Positions 31,232-41,790 of a DNA stretch of 64,000 nucleotides are shown here, one piece after another. The stretch's first letter is position 1. Every line of letters starts with the position of its first letter. This stretch comes from Prochlorococcus sp. AG-679-M23. GTDB taxonomy: Bacteria > Cyanobacteriota > Cyanobacteriia > PCC-6307 > Cyanobiaceae. The stretch covers positions 96,001 through 160,000 of the forward strand of contig QCUR01000003.1 of assembly GCA_003208875.1 (NCBI GenBank), given 5' to 3'. A program made the translations under genes and the position numbers. The notes beneath the pieces are model-generated. The model was not told the origin of the DNA. It did no database searches and saw only the letters and a list, made by a program, of their open reading frames with translations.

Positions 31232-31429
31232 ATGATTAATTCTATTGATACTGAACATTTACCTCTTAAAGATTTAATTATTTCTGGTTTAATAATTTTC
31301 ATAATGTCCACAATTATTGCCAACATTTATAATCCATTATGGGGTTTCACTTATGCTTTTGGTAATATTTTAACTCTTGTATTCTTGAGCTGGCTTTATC
31401 AAGATACATGGAATGACAATCAGAAATAA
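31232..31429 (+). CDS. Hypothetical membrane protein
   Basis: Two hydrophobic helices. Confidence 0.55.
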   Translation: MINSIDTEHLPLKDLIISGLIIFIMSTIIANIYNPLWGFTYAFGNILTLVFLSWLYQDTWNDNQK

Positions 31430-31529
31430 TTACTATATGATAAATCTTGCTTTATAAAAACTTATTCAGTAATGTACAAAATCCAACATTAGTAAAAAAA
31501 CTTTTTAATATATAAGAAACTGTACTAAA

Positions 31530-31727
31530 TTGAGTAATTCTGATTTTGATAAAAATGGAGTTGATAGTAATGGAACACATTGGCTTCAATATGCTGCTTT
31601 TGCCTTTTCAGCTTTTGCCATCTTTACTACTTGGGCCTTCTTTTTTGATTATAAATTTCATAATTTTATATTAAATATTCTCAGAGTTTTTAATTGTAGT
31701 GGCTTCAACTGTAATGGTGTTTACTAG
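31530..31727 (+). CDS. Hypothetical membrane protein
   Basis: TM helix and C-terminal CSGFNC. Confidence 0.6.
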   Translation: MSNSDFDKNGVDSNGTHWLQYAAFAFSAFAIFTTWAFFFDYKFHNFILNILRVFNCSGFNCNGVY

Positions 31728-31734
31728 GATAATA

Positions 31735-31915
31735 ATGGCTAATCCAGACTAAAGACTATACTAATTGAGGAAACATCAAAAGATCTCATAAAAATCTGCA
31801 AAAGATTTCAAGCTGATTCATGCTCATCAGATTCTGAAGTTAAAACTCTCTTAATAGAAATAGTTAGATTATGGTAAACCGAAGAAAAAAAAATACATTC
31901 GGTTTCAGATTTTAA
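31735..31915 (+). pseudogene. Decayed small conserved-hypothetical gene
   Basis: MANPD* then frameshifted KTILIEETSKDLIKICKRFQADS...RLW*TEEK...FGFRF. Confidence 0.55.
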
Positions 31916-31960
31916 CCATGTCATACCAATTAAATTCTTAAATAAATAATTACACTATTT

Positions 31961-32068
31961 TTAAACTTTTATATTGGATCCATATTTAATTTTTACTAGA
32001 TAAGAAGCGAATAAAGATAGAACTAAAAAAAATAACAAACTTTCCAAAGTAGATTGAGGCATAACCAT
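31961..32068 (-). CDS. Small membrane protein, 35 aa
   Basis: MVMPQSTLESLLFFLVLSLFASYLVKIKYGSNIKV. Confidence 0.5.
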   Translation of the reverse strand: MVMPQSTLESLLFFLVLSLFASYLVKIKYGSNIKV

Positions 32069-32122
32069 AATTAAGTAAGAGAAGATAGCTATATATCTAT
32101 GAAAACGAAATTTATAAAAAAA

Positions 32123-32494
32123 TCAATCAGAAACAATTTTTTTTGCTAAATATTTCTCTGATCTCCTTAATGCCCTTATAGACCCTTTAAAATCTCATTT
32201 ATTATATTTTTCTTCACTTTTTTGTTCTAATAAATTAATAATTTTAATTATTTTTAATTCGTCAATTTTTAATTTATGGTCGTTTATTAAGTCAAATTTC
32301 GATTAATACAAGAAGAATAATTCTTCTTTAAATTTTTTAATAATATTTTCATCACAAAATTTAGAATTCAAGAGAACCCTTACTTTCCTCTTATCTTCTA
32401 TTGCCCCTTTCAAATTTCCCTCTTTAAATTTTTTTTCGCTAGACCTTGTCTTATTAACAATATTTTCGATAAATAATTTATCTTAATTAAGCAT
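32123..32494 (-). pseudogene. Pseudogene of a TPR-like helical protein
   Basis: Single frame with three in-frame stops: MLN*DKLF...GNLKGAIEDKR...LY*SKFDLI...YNK*DFKGSIRALRRSEKY. Confidence 0.65.
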
Positions 32495-32569
32495 TCTTAA
32501 GACTTTTGGATCAGCTAATAAAAAATTTACCAAATAATATGCAATTATGTTTAATCATTTATATAGTTT

Positions 32570-32869
32570 TTAACCAATTACAAGTCCTTTCTTAAGGAGT
32601 AAATCATATACTTTTACACTTTTTGTTATTCCTATTTTAGTAGGATTATGAATATCTAAAATTTCAGCAAGGCACATTATCCAAGAAGTTCCTTTTCTTA
32701 AATTAAGTCCTTTACAAATATGTGTAGGTGCTGACTTGAAACAACCAAAATCTGTTGATATATTCATATTCATGATCTGAGTTTCAAGCTCTAAGCTTAA
32801 AAGTTCTATTTCTTGATTAGAAAGAGTAGTTCCAAAAGAATACGATTCAATTAAAAGTTGATAATTCAT
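32570..32869 (-). CDS. Hypothetical protein
   Basis: Intact 99 aa ORF. Confidence 0.7.
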   Translation of the reverse strand: MNYQLLIESYSFGTTLSNQEIELLSLELETQIMNMNISTDFGCFKSAPTHICKGLNLRKGTSWIMCLAEILDIHNPTKIGITKSVKVYDLLLKKGLVIG

Positions 32870-32921
32870 ATAAAATAAAAATTCTTATCAAGAATAAAAA
32901 AATTTTTTTAAAGTTAGTTTA

Positions 32922-33203
32922 TTAACAGATCCAACGAGTTATTTTTGTACCTTCATAAATATGCCCAGAAGCTTCAACTATTGGTTTTGTTTCGGGATTT
33001 ATGAAAATATTATATAAAACATTTTCAGGACCTTGAAACATTACTATTGCTCTAGTTGGATCGTCTAAAGAATTTCCAATATAAAAAGTCTTAACACCCA
33101 TCTCATTAAACATTGCTTGTTGTTCAGGTGCCTTCATATGGGCTTCATATTCTTTAAAAGTATTACTTAGTTTAAAATCTAGAACTGTTGTTTCGATATT
33201 CAT
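32922..33203 (-). CDS. DUF3764 family protein (second paralog)
   Basis: ETTVLDFKLSNTF, FYIG.SLDDP, SGHIYEGT. Confidence 0.75.
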   Translation of the reverse strand: MNIETTVLDFKLSNTFKEYEAHMKAPEQQAMFNEMGVKTFYIGNSLDDPTRAIVMFQGPENVLYNIFINPETKPIVEASGHIYEGTKITRWIC

Positions 33204-33393
33204 AAAAATTCATTAATTATCCTTTTATGATTTTAAATCTTATGTCAACAAAAACATTATAAAGAAGACCTTTTGAAAAGAATTCAATCATTTAGAAAAT
33301 AATTAATTATTAAAAAATAAGTTTTTATTCAAAATAACTATTATTTATTTTTATATATGAGTTATAAATCAACTATTAAAATCATTTTGTAAT

Positions 33394-34737
33394 TTGGACT
33401 CAAAGATTTCTCAAAGGGAGCAATGGACGAGTAAGCTCGGATTTATTCTTGCGGCGGCTGGCAGTGCTGTCGGCCTAGGCAATTTATGGGGATTCGCTTA
33501 TAGGGCATCTCAAGGCGGAGGAGCTGCTTTTGTAGTTTTATATATATTAATAGTATTAATTGTTTGTCTTCCAGTTTTTATCGCTGAAATGGCTTTAGGA
33601 AGAAGTGCCATGGCAAGTTCATTACTTGCCCCTGTGAAGTTAGGAGGAAAGAATTGGTACCCACTAGGAATACTTTTCTTCATAGCTCCTTTAGGGATCG
33701 CTTCTTATTATTCAGTAATAATGGGTTGGACAGCAGATACTTTATTTCACTCATTATTTTTTGGATTACCAAAAAATATTGGTGAAGCTGAGAATTTCTT
33801 TGGTTCTATAAGTAGTGGAAGTAGTGTTTTATTAGGACATTTATTAAGTCTTTTACTTACAGCTTTTATAGTTTCATCGGGAATAAAAAAAGGTATAGAA
33901 AAAGTTACTAGATATTTTATGCCTGTACTTTTCATAATTCTTTTGGGTCTCGTAATTTGGGCTACCACCTTATCTGGGGCATTGGAAGGTTATAAGACGT
34001 TCTTATTGAAGTTTGACTTTGCAGAATTAAGAAACCCTCAAACAATTAGAAATGCATTTACTCAAGCATTCTTTTCTTTAAGTTTAGGTATTGGAATAAT
34101 GGTGACTTACGCTTCCTACTTAAATAAGAAAAGTAATTTACCTAAATTAAGTATTAGTGTTGCTTCATTAGATACCTTGGTAGGACTAATGGCAGGTTTA
34201 ATTACTTTCCCAATAGTTTTAACCTTTGGCTTAAATGAAGCTATATCGGAATCAACGGTTGGAGCATTATTTATTTCTATTCCAACAGGATTAGGTTCCT
34301 ATGGAGCCGCAGGGAGGGTAGTAGCTGTTGCTTTTTTTGCATTAGCTTATATTGCTGCTATTACTTCTTCAGTCTCTCTATTGGAAGTGCCAGTCTCCTC
34401 GTTAATGGATAAATTTGGATTTCAAAGAGGTAAATCTGTTTGGATTATTACTCTATTTTTATTTTTAGCAGGAATTCCTTCAGCATTAAACTTAAATATC
34501 CTTGGAACGGTTGATTCAATATTTGGAGGGGTATTACTTATCTTTGGAGGATTCTTAGTATCTTTCTTTATGGGATGGGTAGTTCCTACAAAGTTCAATG
34601 AAGAACTTAATACATCGAAAGTAGGTATAAAAACTACTAGATATTTGAAATTTATGATGAGATGGGTCTCACCTCCAATTATTGCTTTTGGATTAGTTAT
34701 TAGTGTTTTTGACTTACTTAAGGGTTGGATATCATGA
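33394..34737 (+). CDS. Sodium-dependent transporter, NSS/SNF family
   Basis: REQW, AGSAVGLGNLW, QAFFSLSLG motifs. Confidence 0.95.
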   Translation: MDSKISQREQWTSKLGFILAAAGSAVGLGNLWGFAYRASQGGGAAFVVLYILIVLIVCLPVFIAEMALGRSAMASSLLAPVKLGGKNWYPLGILFFIAPLGIASYYSVIMGWTADTLFHSLFFGLPKNIGEAENFFGSISSGSSVLLGHLLSLLLTAFIVSSGIKKGIEKVTRYFMPVLFIILLGLVIWATTLSGALEGYKTFLLKFDFAELRNPQTIRNAFTQAFFSLSLGIGIMVTYASYLNKKSNLPKLSISVASLDTLVGLMAGLITFPIVLTFGLNEAISESTVGALFISIPTGLGSYGAAGRVVAVAFFALAYIAAITSSVSLLEVPVSSLMDKFGFQRGKSVWIITLFLFLAGIPSALNLNILGTVDSIFGGVLLIFGGFLVSFFMGWVVPTKFNEELNTSKVGIKTTRYLKFMMRWVSPPIIAFGLVISVFDLLKGWIS

Positions 34738-35123
34738 TAGAAATAATGGTAAATATCTGAAATTTTTAGATATTACTAAGTAAAATATTCTGAGGTTATA
34801 AGGGGGTGTAGGTAAAGGAAGAATTTATTAAATTGCAAAAATTTCATATAAATAAAAATTCACTATTTGCAATAGTTCTTAGCTAAATTAAGAAAAACTT
34901 GGATAAATTATATGTATTTTTTACCAAAAAATTTATGCTAAAAATATTTTTACTGCGGAACTTTTCTTTGACTTCTATACAATACTAAACTAATTTTTCA
35001 CTTATGTAATTCTTTACATAACAGTAAAGTATTTAATTTCATATCGATGAAGTTTTATATAAAGTATTATTACTGTTTATTTTCAATAAATTAAAACCTA
35101 ATCAAGAATAAAGGCAAAGATTA

Positions 35124-36827
35124 ATGTCACGAAAATCTGAATCATTAAAAAGTAAAGAAACTAAAAATTTTTTTGAGTTTTCACAATTAGCAGACTTTTC
35201 TTTAATGAATTCTCTCAAAGCTGATCCTCAGTCGACAAAAGATGGTAATGATCACAGAGCTAGGTCAGTTTATTCAGGTCATTATGTTCCCGTTAGTCCA
35301 ACACCAATTCCAGAACCAATATATATATCGCACAGCAAAACATTATTTAAAGAATTGGGATTAAGTTCTGACCTTACAAAAGATAAAAAGTTTTGCCGTT
35401 TTTTTTCTGGTGATATCAAAGTTGCAGAGTATCCAATGAGCCCATTTGGCTGGGCGACGGGGTATGCATTATCTATTTATGGTACTGAATATACACAACA
35501 ATGTCCATTTGGGACAGGTAATGGCTACGGAGATGGTCGAGCAATTTCTGTATTCGAGGGTTTATTTAAGGGGAAAAGAATGGAGATGCAACTTAAAGGA
35601 GGAGGCCCCACTCCTTATTGTCGTGGTGCAGATGGCCGAGCAGTCTTACGATCAAGTGTTCGTGAATTTCTTGCACAGGAGTTAATGCATGCATTAGGAA
35701 TTCCCACTTCAAGATCTTTATCTCTTTATGTCTCAAAGACAGAAATAGTTAAAAGACCCTGGTATACCAAAGGTTCTAGGTATTTTGAGCCTGATATTAT
35801 GGTTGATAATCATGCCGCAATTACTACACGTGTCGCACCATCATTTTTGCGAGTAGGTCAGCTCGAACTCTTTGCTCGCAGAATTCGAAGCAATTCACAT
35901 CATGACGCTTTTAGTGAGCTTAAGATTATTGTGCAGCATCTTATAGATAGGAACTATAGAGATGAAATTGAGCCTAGTCAGTCATTTAATGAGCAAGTGA
36001 TTAAGTTGGCTTATTTATATCGAGAAAGACTCATATCACTTGTAGCTAACTGGATGCGAGTCGGTTACTGCCAAGGTAATTTTAATAGTGATAATTGTGC
36101 TGCGGGAGGTTTTACTCTTGACTATGGTCCTTTTGGTTTTTGCGAATTATTTGATCCAAGATTTCAGCCTTGGACTGGAGGTGGAGAGCATTTTTCATTT
36201 TTCAATCAGCCTTTTGCTGCAGAAATAAATTTTAAGATGTTTTGTTCATCTCTCCTACCTTTACTTTTAGAAAGTAAAGAAGACATAAAAAAATTAGAGA
36301 AAATTAAAAATGATTTTTCTAAATTAATGAGTAAAGAAATGCAATTAATGTGGGCAAAAAAGCTTGGTCTTGAAAAATACGACGAGACTCTTATTAACGA
36401 CCTTTTCAAGCTTATGGTTAACTCTAATGCCGACTTCAGTATTTTCTTTAGAAAGCTTTCTCATATCCCTGACAATATATCTTCTATAAAAGAGAGTTTT
36501 TATTTACCTTCAACCGAAGAGCTTGATAAAAAATGGTTAATTTGGTTAAAAAAATGGCACGATTGTATTAAGCAACAAGGAAATTTTAAAGAAATCTCCA
36601 AATCAATGAAACAAGTAAATCCTAAGTTTACTTGGCGTGAATGGATGATAGTTCCTGCATATGAAGAAGCTGAAGATGGTAATTATAGCAAAATAAAAGA
36701 ATTACAAACTATCTTCAAGAATCCATATGAAGAGCAGTCTTTGGATATAGAACAAAAATATAGTCGTCTTAGACCAAGAGAATTCTTTAATAAAGGAGGA
36801 GTTTCTCATTACAGTTGTTCCTCTTAA
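35124..36827 (+). CDS. Protein adenylyltransferase SelO/YdiU family
   Basis: [41 protein letters not shown]-terminal CSS. Confidence 0.92.
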   Translation: MSRKSESLKSKETKNFFEFSQLADFSLMNSLKADPQSTKDGNDHRARSVYSGHYVPVSPTPIPEPIYISHSKTLFKELGLSSDLTKDKKFCRFFSGDIKVAEYPMSPFGWATGYALSIYGTEYTQQCPFGTGNGYGDGRAISVFEGLFKGKRMEMQLKGGGPTPYCRGADGRAVLRSSVREFLAQELMHALGIPTSRSLSLYVSKTEIVKRPWYTKGSRYFEPDIMVDNHAAITTRVAPSFLRVGQLELFARRIRSNSHHDAFSELKIIVQHLIDRNYRDEIEPSQSFNEQVIKLAYLYRERLISLVANWMRVGYCQGNFNSDNCAAGGFTLDYGPFGFCELFDPRFQPWTGGGEHFSFFNQPFAAEINFKMFCSSLLPLLLESKEDIKKLEKIKNDFSKLMSKEMQLMWAKKLGLEKYDETLINDLFKLMVNSNADFSIFFRKLSHIPDNISSIKESFYLPSTEELDKKWLIWLKKWHDCIKQQGNFKEISKSMKQVNPKFTWREWMIVPAYEEAEDGNYSKIKELQTIFKNPYEEQSLDIEQKYSRLRPREFFNKGGVSHYSCSS

Positions 36828-36880
36828 AAAGAAATTAATTAAGTTATGAAAAAATTGATAAATAATTTAAATGAAGACTT

Positions 36881-37303
36881 TTATTTATTGATAGTTGTTG
36901 GCACTCCCACCACTGAAATAACACCAACATGAAGAATGGCAGGTTTTTTCCCAATATTTTTTACATAATGTTCTCCTCCATTATTACTCTCAACGAACAC
37001 ATCCCCTGCTCTAAAAGTATTGATAACTCTACCTCTAACATGTTTTAACTTACCTCTAGTAACATGTATCAACATTGGGGAAGGATGCTTATGAATAGGA
37101 GTCTTTAAACCAGCAGGTATTTTCACTCTCAACAACCTTAATTCAGGTTCTCCTTCTAGATAATTAAAACTTTTTCCACTTAAGCCTTTAGAAGTTTGAA
37201 TTAATGGAACAACTTCAATTTTTTCTTCAGCTAAGGAATATTTTGGAGATATTAAAGATGTTAATATAACCAGAAAGGAGAAATAACATTTTTTGATTTT
37301 CAT
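36881..37303 (-). CDS. Exported cupin domain protein
   Basis: Signal peptide; HKHP...E...H cupin motif. Confidence 0.85.
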   Translation of the reverse strand: MKIKKCYFSFLVILTSLISPKYSLAEEKIEVVPLIQTSKGLSGKSFNYLEGEPELRLLRVKIPAGLKTPIHKHPSPMLIHVTRGKLKHVRGRVINTFRAGDVFVESNNGGEHYVKNIGKKPAILHVGVISVVGVPTTINK

Positions 37304-37358
37304 ATGGTTTAGATAATATAACTATTATATAAATATTGATATTAACTACATTTAAGTT

Positions 37359-37520
37359 TTACTTTTTATATAGTTTTTCTAACTGTTTAATTTCTTCCCT
37401 TAATTCTCTGCCTCTGCCATTTAATTTATTATTTTTTTTAATTATTGGAATTATCCACCAAGCTTGTAGACCAACAAAGACCAAAATCAAAAGAATTAAA
37501 TCAGGAGTTCCAGGCGACAT
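37359..37520 (-). CDS. Small membrane protein, 53 aa
   Basis: MSPGTPDLILLILVFVGLQAWWIIPIIKK...ELREEIKQLEKLYKK. Confidence 0.65.
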   Translation of the reverse strand: MSPGTPDLILLILVFVGLQAWWIIPIIKKNNKLNGRGRELREEIKQLEKLYKK

Positions 37521-37602
37521 TAAGATCGATTTTGGTTAAATTTTTTAATTGATAATAACAATACTTTATTACTTTTAACTATTAAAAATAAACTTAATAA
37601 TT

Positions 37603-37785
37603 TTATGCCGCTTCTAAATCAATACGAAGCTCCCTACTTTTGTAAATTATTGCTTCTTTGAAATTAATTAGTTTTCTTATTCGTTCCTGCCTTACCTTAT
37701 CAGTAATGTATACATCCTCAACAACCTCTTGTATTGCTAAAGTAACTTTCTGAAGTTGAAACTCTAAATCTTCTCTATAATTCAT
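37603..37785 (-). CDS. Hypothetical coiled-coil protein
   Basis: Intact 60 aa ORF. Confidence 0.65.
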   Translation of the reverse strand: MNYREDLEFQLQKVTLAIQEVVEDVYITDKVRQERIRKLINFKEAIIYKSRELRIDLEAA

Positions 37786-37916
37786 TGATTAATAAAATTG
37801 TTTTACTAATTAAAATAGAAATCTTTAATTAGTAAATAAGTACTTAACCCAATAAAATTTTCGACTCTAGGCCAAACAAAATATAAAGCTAAAAGTACAA
37901 GTGACCTATATTACTA

Positions 37917-38207
37917 ATGGCAATCAGAAGGGCTAATGGTTGTACTAATTTATCTTATGGCAGTCGTATTGATACGCCTAAAAGTTGTCTTCTTAATCCC
38001 GAAGGGAGAAGATTAATTTTCTTTGAAAGATGCAAAAAATCACCACAGAACAGCATCAAAATCTTTACACATACTTTTTACACGAATCACCTAGGAGAGC
38101 CCGCAGGATTAAAATCTACAAGCAAAATCCGAGTAGAAGAGGCTTGGGAAGAATGGAATGATCTACAAAAACTTGGCTGGACAGAAGTATCACATAATTT
38201 TGGTTAG
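37917..38207 (+). CDS. DUF1651-like protein
   Basis: A...W..L...GW C-terminal motif. Confidence 0.7.
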   Translation: MAIRRANGCTNLSYGSRIDTPKSCLLNPEGRRLIFFERCKKSPQNSIKIFTHTFYTNHLGEPAGLKSTSKIRVEEAWEEWNDLQKLGWTEVSHNFG

Positions 38208-38429
38208 CCAGGATAAATCAAAAAAAAAAAAAACACACAGACAAATTAATTTTTTAGAAGAAAAAATTAATTACCTTAAACCGTCTGTACCACATCAAAT
38301 CAAAAACTTTAAAGGTATCCAAATAATTCATGAGCATCAAACAAAAGCCATAATAAGACCTTCCTATATACAAAACTGCCTCGTTTTTGACACAGAAATA
38401 AAATAATTTACTTATCTTGCTCCTTGCAC

Positions 38430-38468
38430 TTTACATTATTTAATACTTGTGTTACATTCATTAACAAT
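38430..38468 (+). promoter_or_regulatory. HLR1-like (RpaB) repeats upstream of hli
   Basis: TTTACATT-AT-TTAATACT and GTTACATT-CA-TTAACAAT. Confidence 0.65.
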
Positions 38469-38480
38469 TACAAAACAGCA

Positions 38481-38687
38481 ATGGCTAATTCTCAAGTAAC
38501 AAATGAATCAGGCGGAAGACAAAATATGTTTCCATCAGAAACTCGTCCTTACATAGATGAGTCAGTTTCTTATGACGGTTATCCTCAAAATGCAGAAAAA
38601 GTAAACGGTCGTTGGGCAATGATTGGCTTCGTAGCATTATTAGGCGCATACGTAACAACAGGTCAAATTATTCCTGGAATATTCTAA
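38481..38687 (+). CDS. hli: High-light inducible protein (start MANSQV)
   Basis: ESGGRQNMF, AEKVNGRWAMIGF, TGQIIPGIF. Confidence 0.95.
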   Translation: MANSQVTNESGGRQNMFPSETRPYIDESVSYDGYPQNAEKVNGRWAMIGFVALLGAYVTTGQIIPGIF

Positions 38688-38918
38688 AAATGGAACCAAT
38701 TTCTCCTGAACTTTATGAGAAACTTGTTGCAGGGTATAAATACAGCAGGTAATTTTTTATTTTTTTAGTAATCTCTTTCACGATAAAAGTTCTCTTTTAT
38801 AACAATAAGTAATTACGAATTTTTTAAAACTGATCAAAAATATCAATTTTAAAAATGGTAAAAAAATTTTTCTAGCAGGAGAAAATACCTTCATTTTTAT
38901 TTAATTACAAAATTTCTT

Positions 38919-38955
38919 AAAAAAAAGAGATCGTTTTTTAGCTGAAAACGATCTC
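38919..38955 (-). terminator. Intrinsic terminator (minus strand)
   Basis: GAGATCGTTTT...AAAACGATCTC hairpin followed by a U run on the minus strand. Confidence 0.75.
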
Positions 38956-39050
38956 ATGTTACCTAATTCTCACAAGAATAATATCAAGTAAGCTTTTATA
39001 GCTTAGTTTATTTTAAATAAGTGTAAATCCGTAGATATGCCGATTTAATT

Positions 39051-39266
39051 TTATCTCTTTAATCCACCTCTCTTAATCCATAGAAACCAAGTTACCCAAA
39101 TTGGAGGGAGAAACCTTATTAGATAACCAATTTTATAAATATAAAAAGGAACATTATCATCCATAAATAAATCTACGACAGCTGAAGATAATGATACCCA
39201 AATCACAATAATTAAAATATTTGCTCCTAATAAAGCGAATTTGTTTTGCTTAAATATTTTTGGCAT
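39051..39266 (-). CDS. Hypothetical membrane protein
   Basis: Two TM helices. Confidence 0.6.
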   Translation of the reverse strand: MPKIFKQNKFALLGANILIIVIWVSLSSAVVDLFMDDNVPFYIYKIGYLIRFLPPIWVTWFLWIKRGGLKR

Positions 39267-39322
39267 GTAAAAAAAGATATGATCCCAATATTAAAACTAA
39301 TTGAAAATAAAATAATTATTTT

Positions 39323-39574
39323 TCAAAAAAACTTCAAATTTAATATCCAAAACCAAATAAAAAAAATACTAAATTTTATCCCACCTCCTAATATAATTCC
39401 AAAAATATAAGGTGGTAAAAAGAATATTATTAAAATCGAAAGTAAACTCAAAAGAGCAAAAGAGCATCTAAGAACAATATTCTTTCTTCTTTTTCTTCTT
39501 AATTGTTTTAAGAAATTCCACTCCAATTCTATTAGCCTGTAAAATTTTTCAGATAATAAAAATAAATATTTCAT
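39323..39574 (-). CDS. Hypothetical membrane protein
   Basis: Basic patch plus TM helices. Confidence 0.55.
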   Translation of the reverse strand: MKYLFLLSEKFYRLIELEWNFLKQLRRKRRKNIVLRCSFALLSLLSILIIFFLPPYIFGIILGGGIKFSIFFIWFWILNLKFF

Positions 39575-39576
39575 AA

Positions 39577-39762
39577 CTACTTATTTATAGTAATATTGGA
39601 CTCCTTAAACAAAATTTTCCTAGCAAGTCTATTCAAGCCAGACCATGTTGAATATTTTTTCTGAGCTGCTTTTATAATTTCCTGCTTCCCTTTTGATGTT
39701 AATTTATATCTTTTTAATAATTTCCCTAGGGCTATTGAATTTATAGAAATAGAAGTATTCAC
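39577..39762 (-). CDS. Hypothetical protein
   Basis: Intact ORF in a same-strand run. Confidence 0.55.
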   Translation of the reverse strand: MNTSISINSIALGKLLKRYKLTSKGKQEIIKAAQKKYSTWSGLNRLARKILFKESNITINK

Positions 39763-39807
39763 TAATTATTACTCAGTTTAAAATGTATATATATTTAATT
39801 TCTAATC

Positions 39808-40104
39808 TTAGCAATAAACTTTATTACCTTCTTTAGAAAAATAATAAATTCTATCCTCTGAACTAACAAAAAAAGTTAAACCTTTATATTGAGATCTACC
39901 AAATTTAATTAATCTATTTTTATGTAAATCCCAATTCTTCGTATTTATATCTGGATTAAACTCTTCTTCTTTTACAGTAGGGATTAAAGATCCAAAACTA
40001 ATCTTTTTTATTGATCGGTTAAGTGGGCTCTTGTAAAGCAATAAGAGAAGTATAAGAATTAAAAAAACAAATATAAAAACTACAAATAAATTTGACATTA
40101 TCAA
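39808..40104 (-). CDS. Hypothetical membrane-anchored protein
   Basis: N-terminal TM, C-terminal G.KVYC. Confidence 0.65.
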   Translation of the reverse strand: MIMSNLFVVFIFVFLILILLLLLYKSPLNRSIKKISFGSLIPTVKEEEFNPDINTKNWDLHKNRLIKFGRSQYKGLTFFVSSEDRIYYFSKEGNKVYC

Positions 40105-40216
40105 CGATTAAATAATTCTTCTAATTAATTATTCTAAGAATACACTAATTATTTCTATCACTAAGTATTAAATCCTATTTTTAAATTCTTGTATTTTTGA
40201 ATACTTACAAAATGTC

Positions 40217-40399
40217 TTGAGAAACTTGAAAATAACATTAGCTCGCAGTTTTACTATGACTCAAACTTCAATGAACACTCCTTATGCAAAGAGAGTGGCT
40301 GAGAAATTTAAAGAAGCTCAAAATTATTTAAAAACAAATGGGTTTAGTAGATCAACAAACCATCTTTTAGAAGAGATCGAGAATACATTTGAGAGATAA
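40217..40399 (+). CDS. Small hypothetical protein (start probably MTQTSM near 40257)
   Basis: Intact ORF. Confidence 0.55.
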   Translation: MRNLKITLARSFTMTQTSMNTPYAKRVAEKFKEAQNYLKTNGFSRSTNHLLEEIENTFER

Positions 40400-40550
40400 T
40401 ACCAAAACCTCCATTTTTACTTGATATTCTATATGGCTATGATGATGGTTTTAGTACCATTATCATTAGCCTTATTGGGAGTTGTATTGATTACCTTTTT
40501 GTATTATTACTTTGTCTCTTTGAATTTAAATTTAAACAGATTTTACAAAC

Positions 40551-41642
40551 TTAAACATTAAACAAAAACTCCATTACATCTCCTTCATTCACAACATATT
40601 CTTTACCTTCACTTCTAAGTAAACCTTTAGTTTTTGCATTTGAAATCGAACCTGAATCTATTAAGTTTTGATATGAAATTGTCTGAGCTCTAATAAATCC
40701 TTTTTCAAAATCAGTGTGTATTACTCCTGCAGCTTGTGGAGCAGTCATCCCATCTTTTATTGTCCAAGCTTTAGTCTCTTTTTCTCCCGTTGTAAAATAA
40801 GTTTTTAATCCTAATAATTTGTATGTAGATTTTATTAAAGATTTTAATCCGCCTTCCTCTACTCCTAAACCCATTAAATAATCTTTTTTATCCTCAGGTT
40901 CCAACTCTATTAATTCTGATTCAACTTGGGCTGAAATTTTTATACATTCGGTATTTTCAGAGTTTGCAAAACTTTGAACTTGTAAGGAGAAATCATTACC
41001 CTCAGCTAAATCATTCTCATTTAAATTAGTCGCATAAACAATTGGTTTTGCAGTAAGAAACCCCAATTGTTTAATCATTAAATTTTCTTCATCGCTTAAA
41101 GATATTGACCTGACTGAAAGACCTTTTTGTAACTCATCCTCAATTTTTTCTAATAAAGAATCTTCTTGTGCGGCTTCTTTACTTGTTTTAACTTGTTTCT
41201 TGATTCTTTCTCTTCTTTTTTGAAGTTGAGATAAATCAGCTAAATTTAGCTCCAAATTAATAATCTCAATATCATCCAAAGGATCGATCTTCCCAGAAAC
41301 ATGAATTACTTCACTATCTTCAAAACATCTCACTACATGCACAATTGCATCAACTTCTCTAATGTTGGAAAGGAATTTATTTCCTAAGCCCTCGCCTTTA
41401 CTAGCACCTTTTACAAGACCTGCGATATCAACAAATTCAATTTTAGTGGGGATAATATTTTGACTAGAACTTAAATTACCTAACTCTTGAAGCCTTTGAT
41501 CAGGAACTGAAACAATACCTTTATTTGGCTCAATGGTACAAAAGGGGAAGTTTGCTGCTTGCGCTTTTGCATTTTCAACAAGCGCATTAAATAAAGTTGA
41601 TTTTCCAACATTTGGTAATCCAATAATTCCGGCTTTTAACAT
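40551..41642 (-). CDS. ychF: Redox-regulated ATPase YchF
   Basis: [25 protein letters not shown] motifs. Confidence 0.98.
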   Translation of the reverse strand: MLKAGIIGLPNVGKSTLFNALVENAKAQAANFPFCTIEPNKGIVSVPDQRLQELGNLSSSQNIIPTKIEFVDIAGLVKGASKGEGLGNKFLSNIREVDAIVHVVRCFEDSEVIHVSGKIDPLDDIEIINLELNLADLSQLQKRRERIKKQVKTSKEAAQEDSLLEKIEDELQKGLSVRSISLSDEENLMIKQLGFLTAKPIVYATNLNENDLAEGNDFSLQVQSFANSENTECIKISAQVESELIELEPEDKKDYLMGLGVEEGGLKSLIKSTYKLLGLKTYFTTGEKETKAWTIKDGMTAPQAAGVIHTDFEKGFIRAQTISYQNLIDSGSISNAKTKGLLRSEGKEYVVNEGDVMEFLFNV

Positions 41643-41790
41643 TTGAAAAAATTTATAGATAAATTAGTCAATGAATCATCTTCTTGTAATATAGAGTTTA
41701 CTTAACCAATCATGGATAAGTTAACCATAATCGTTTCGATTATTCACTATAGTTTCTAAATATCCTTAATTGCTTGCTTACTAAAAAAAT

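Noticed and set aside
40191..40204. GTA-N8-TAC possible NtcA site
   Set aside because: AT-rich core and non-canonical spacing to the nearest -10-like box.
40433..40561. Hydrophobic 42 aa ORF MAMMMVLVPL...
   Set aside because: It overlaps a long hairpin (40435-40471) and the ychF stop; more likely a terminator region.
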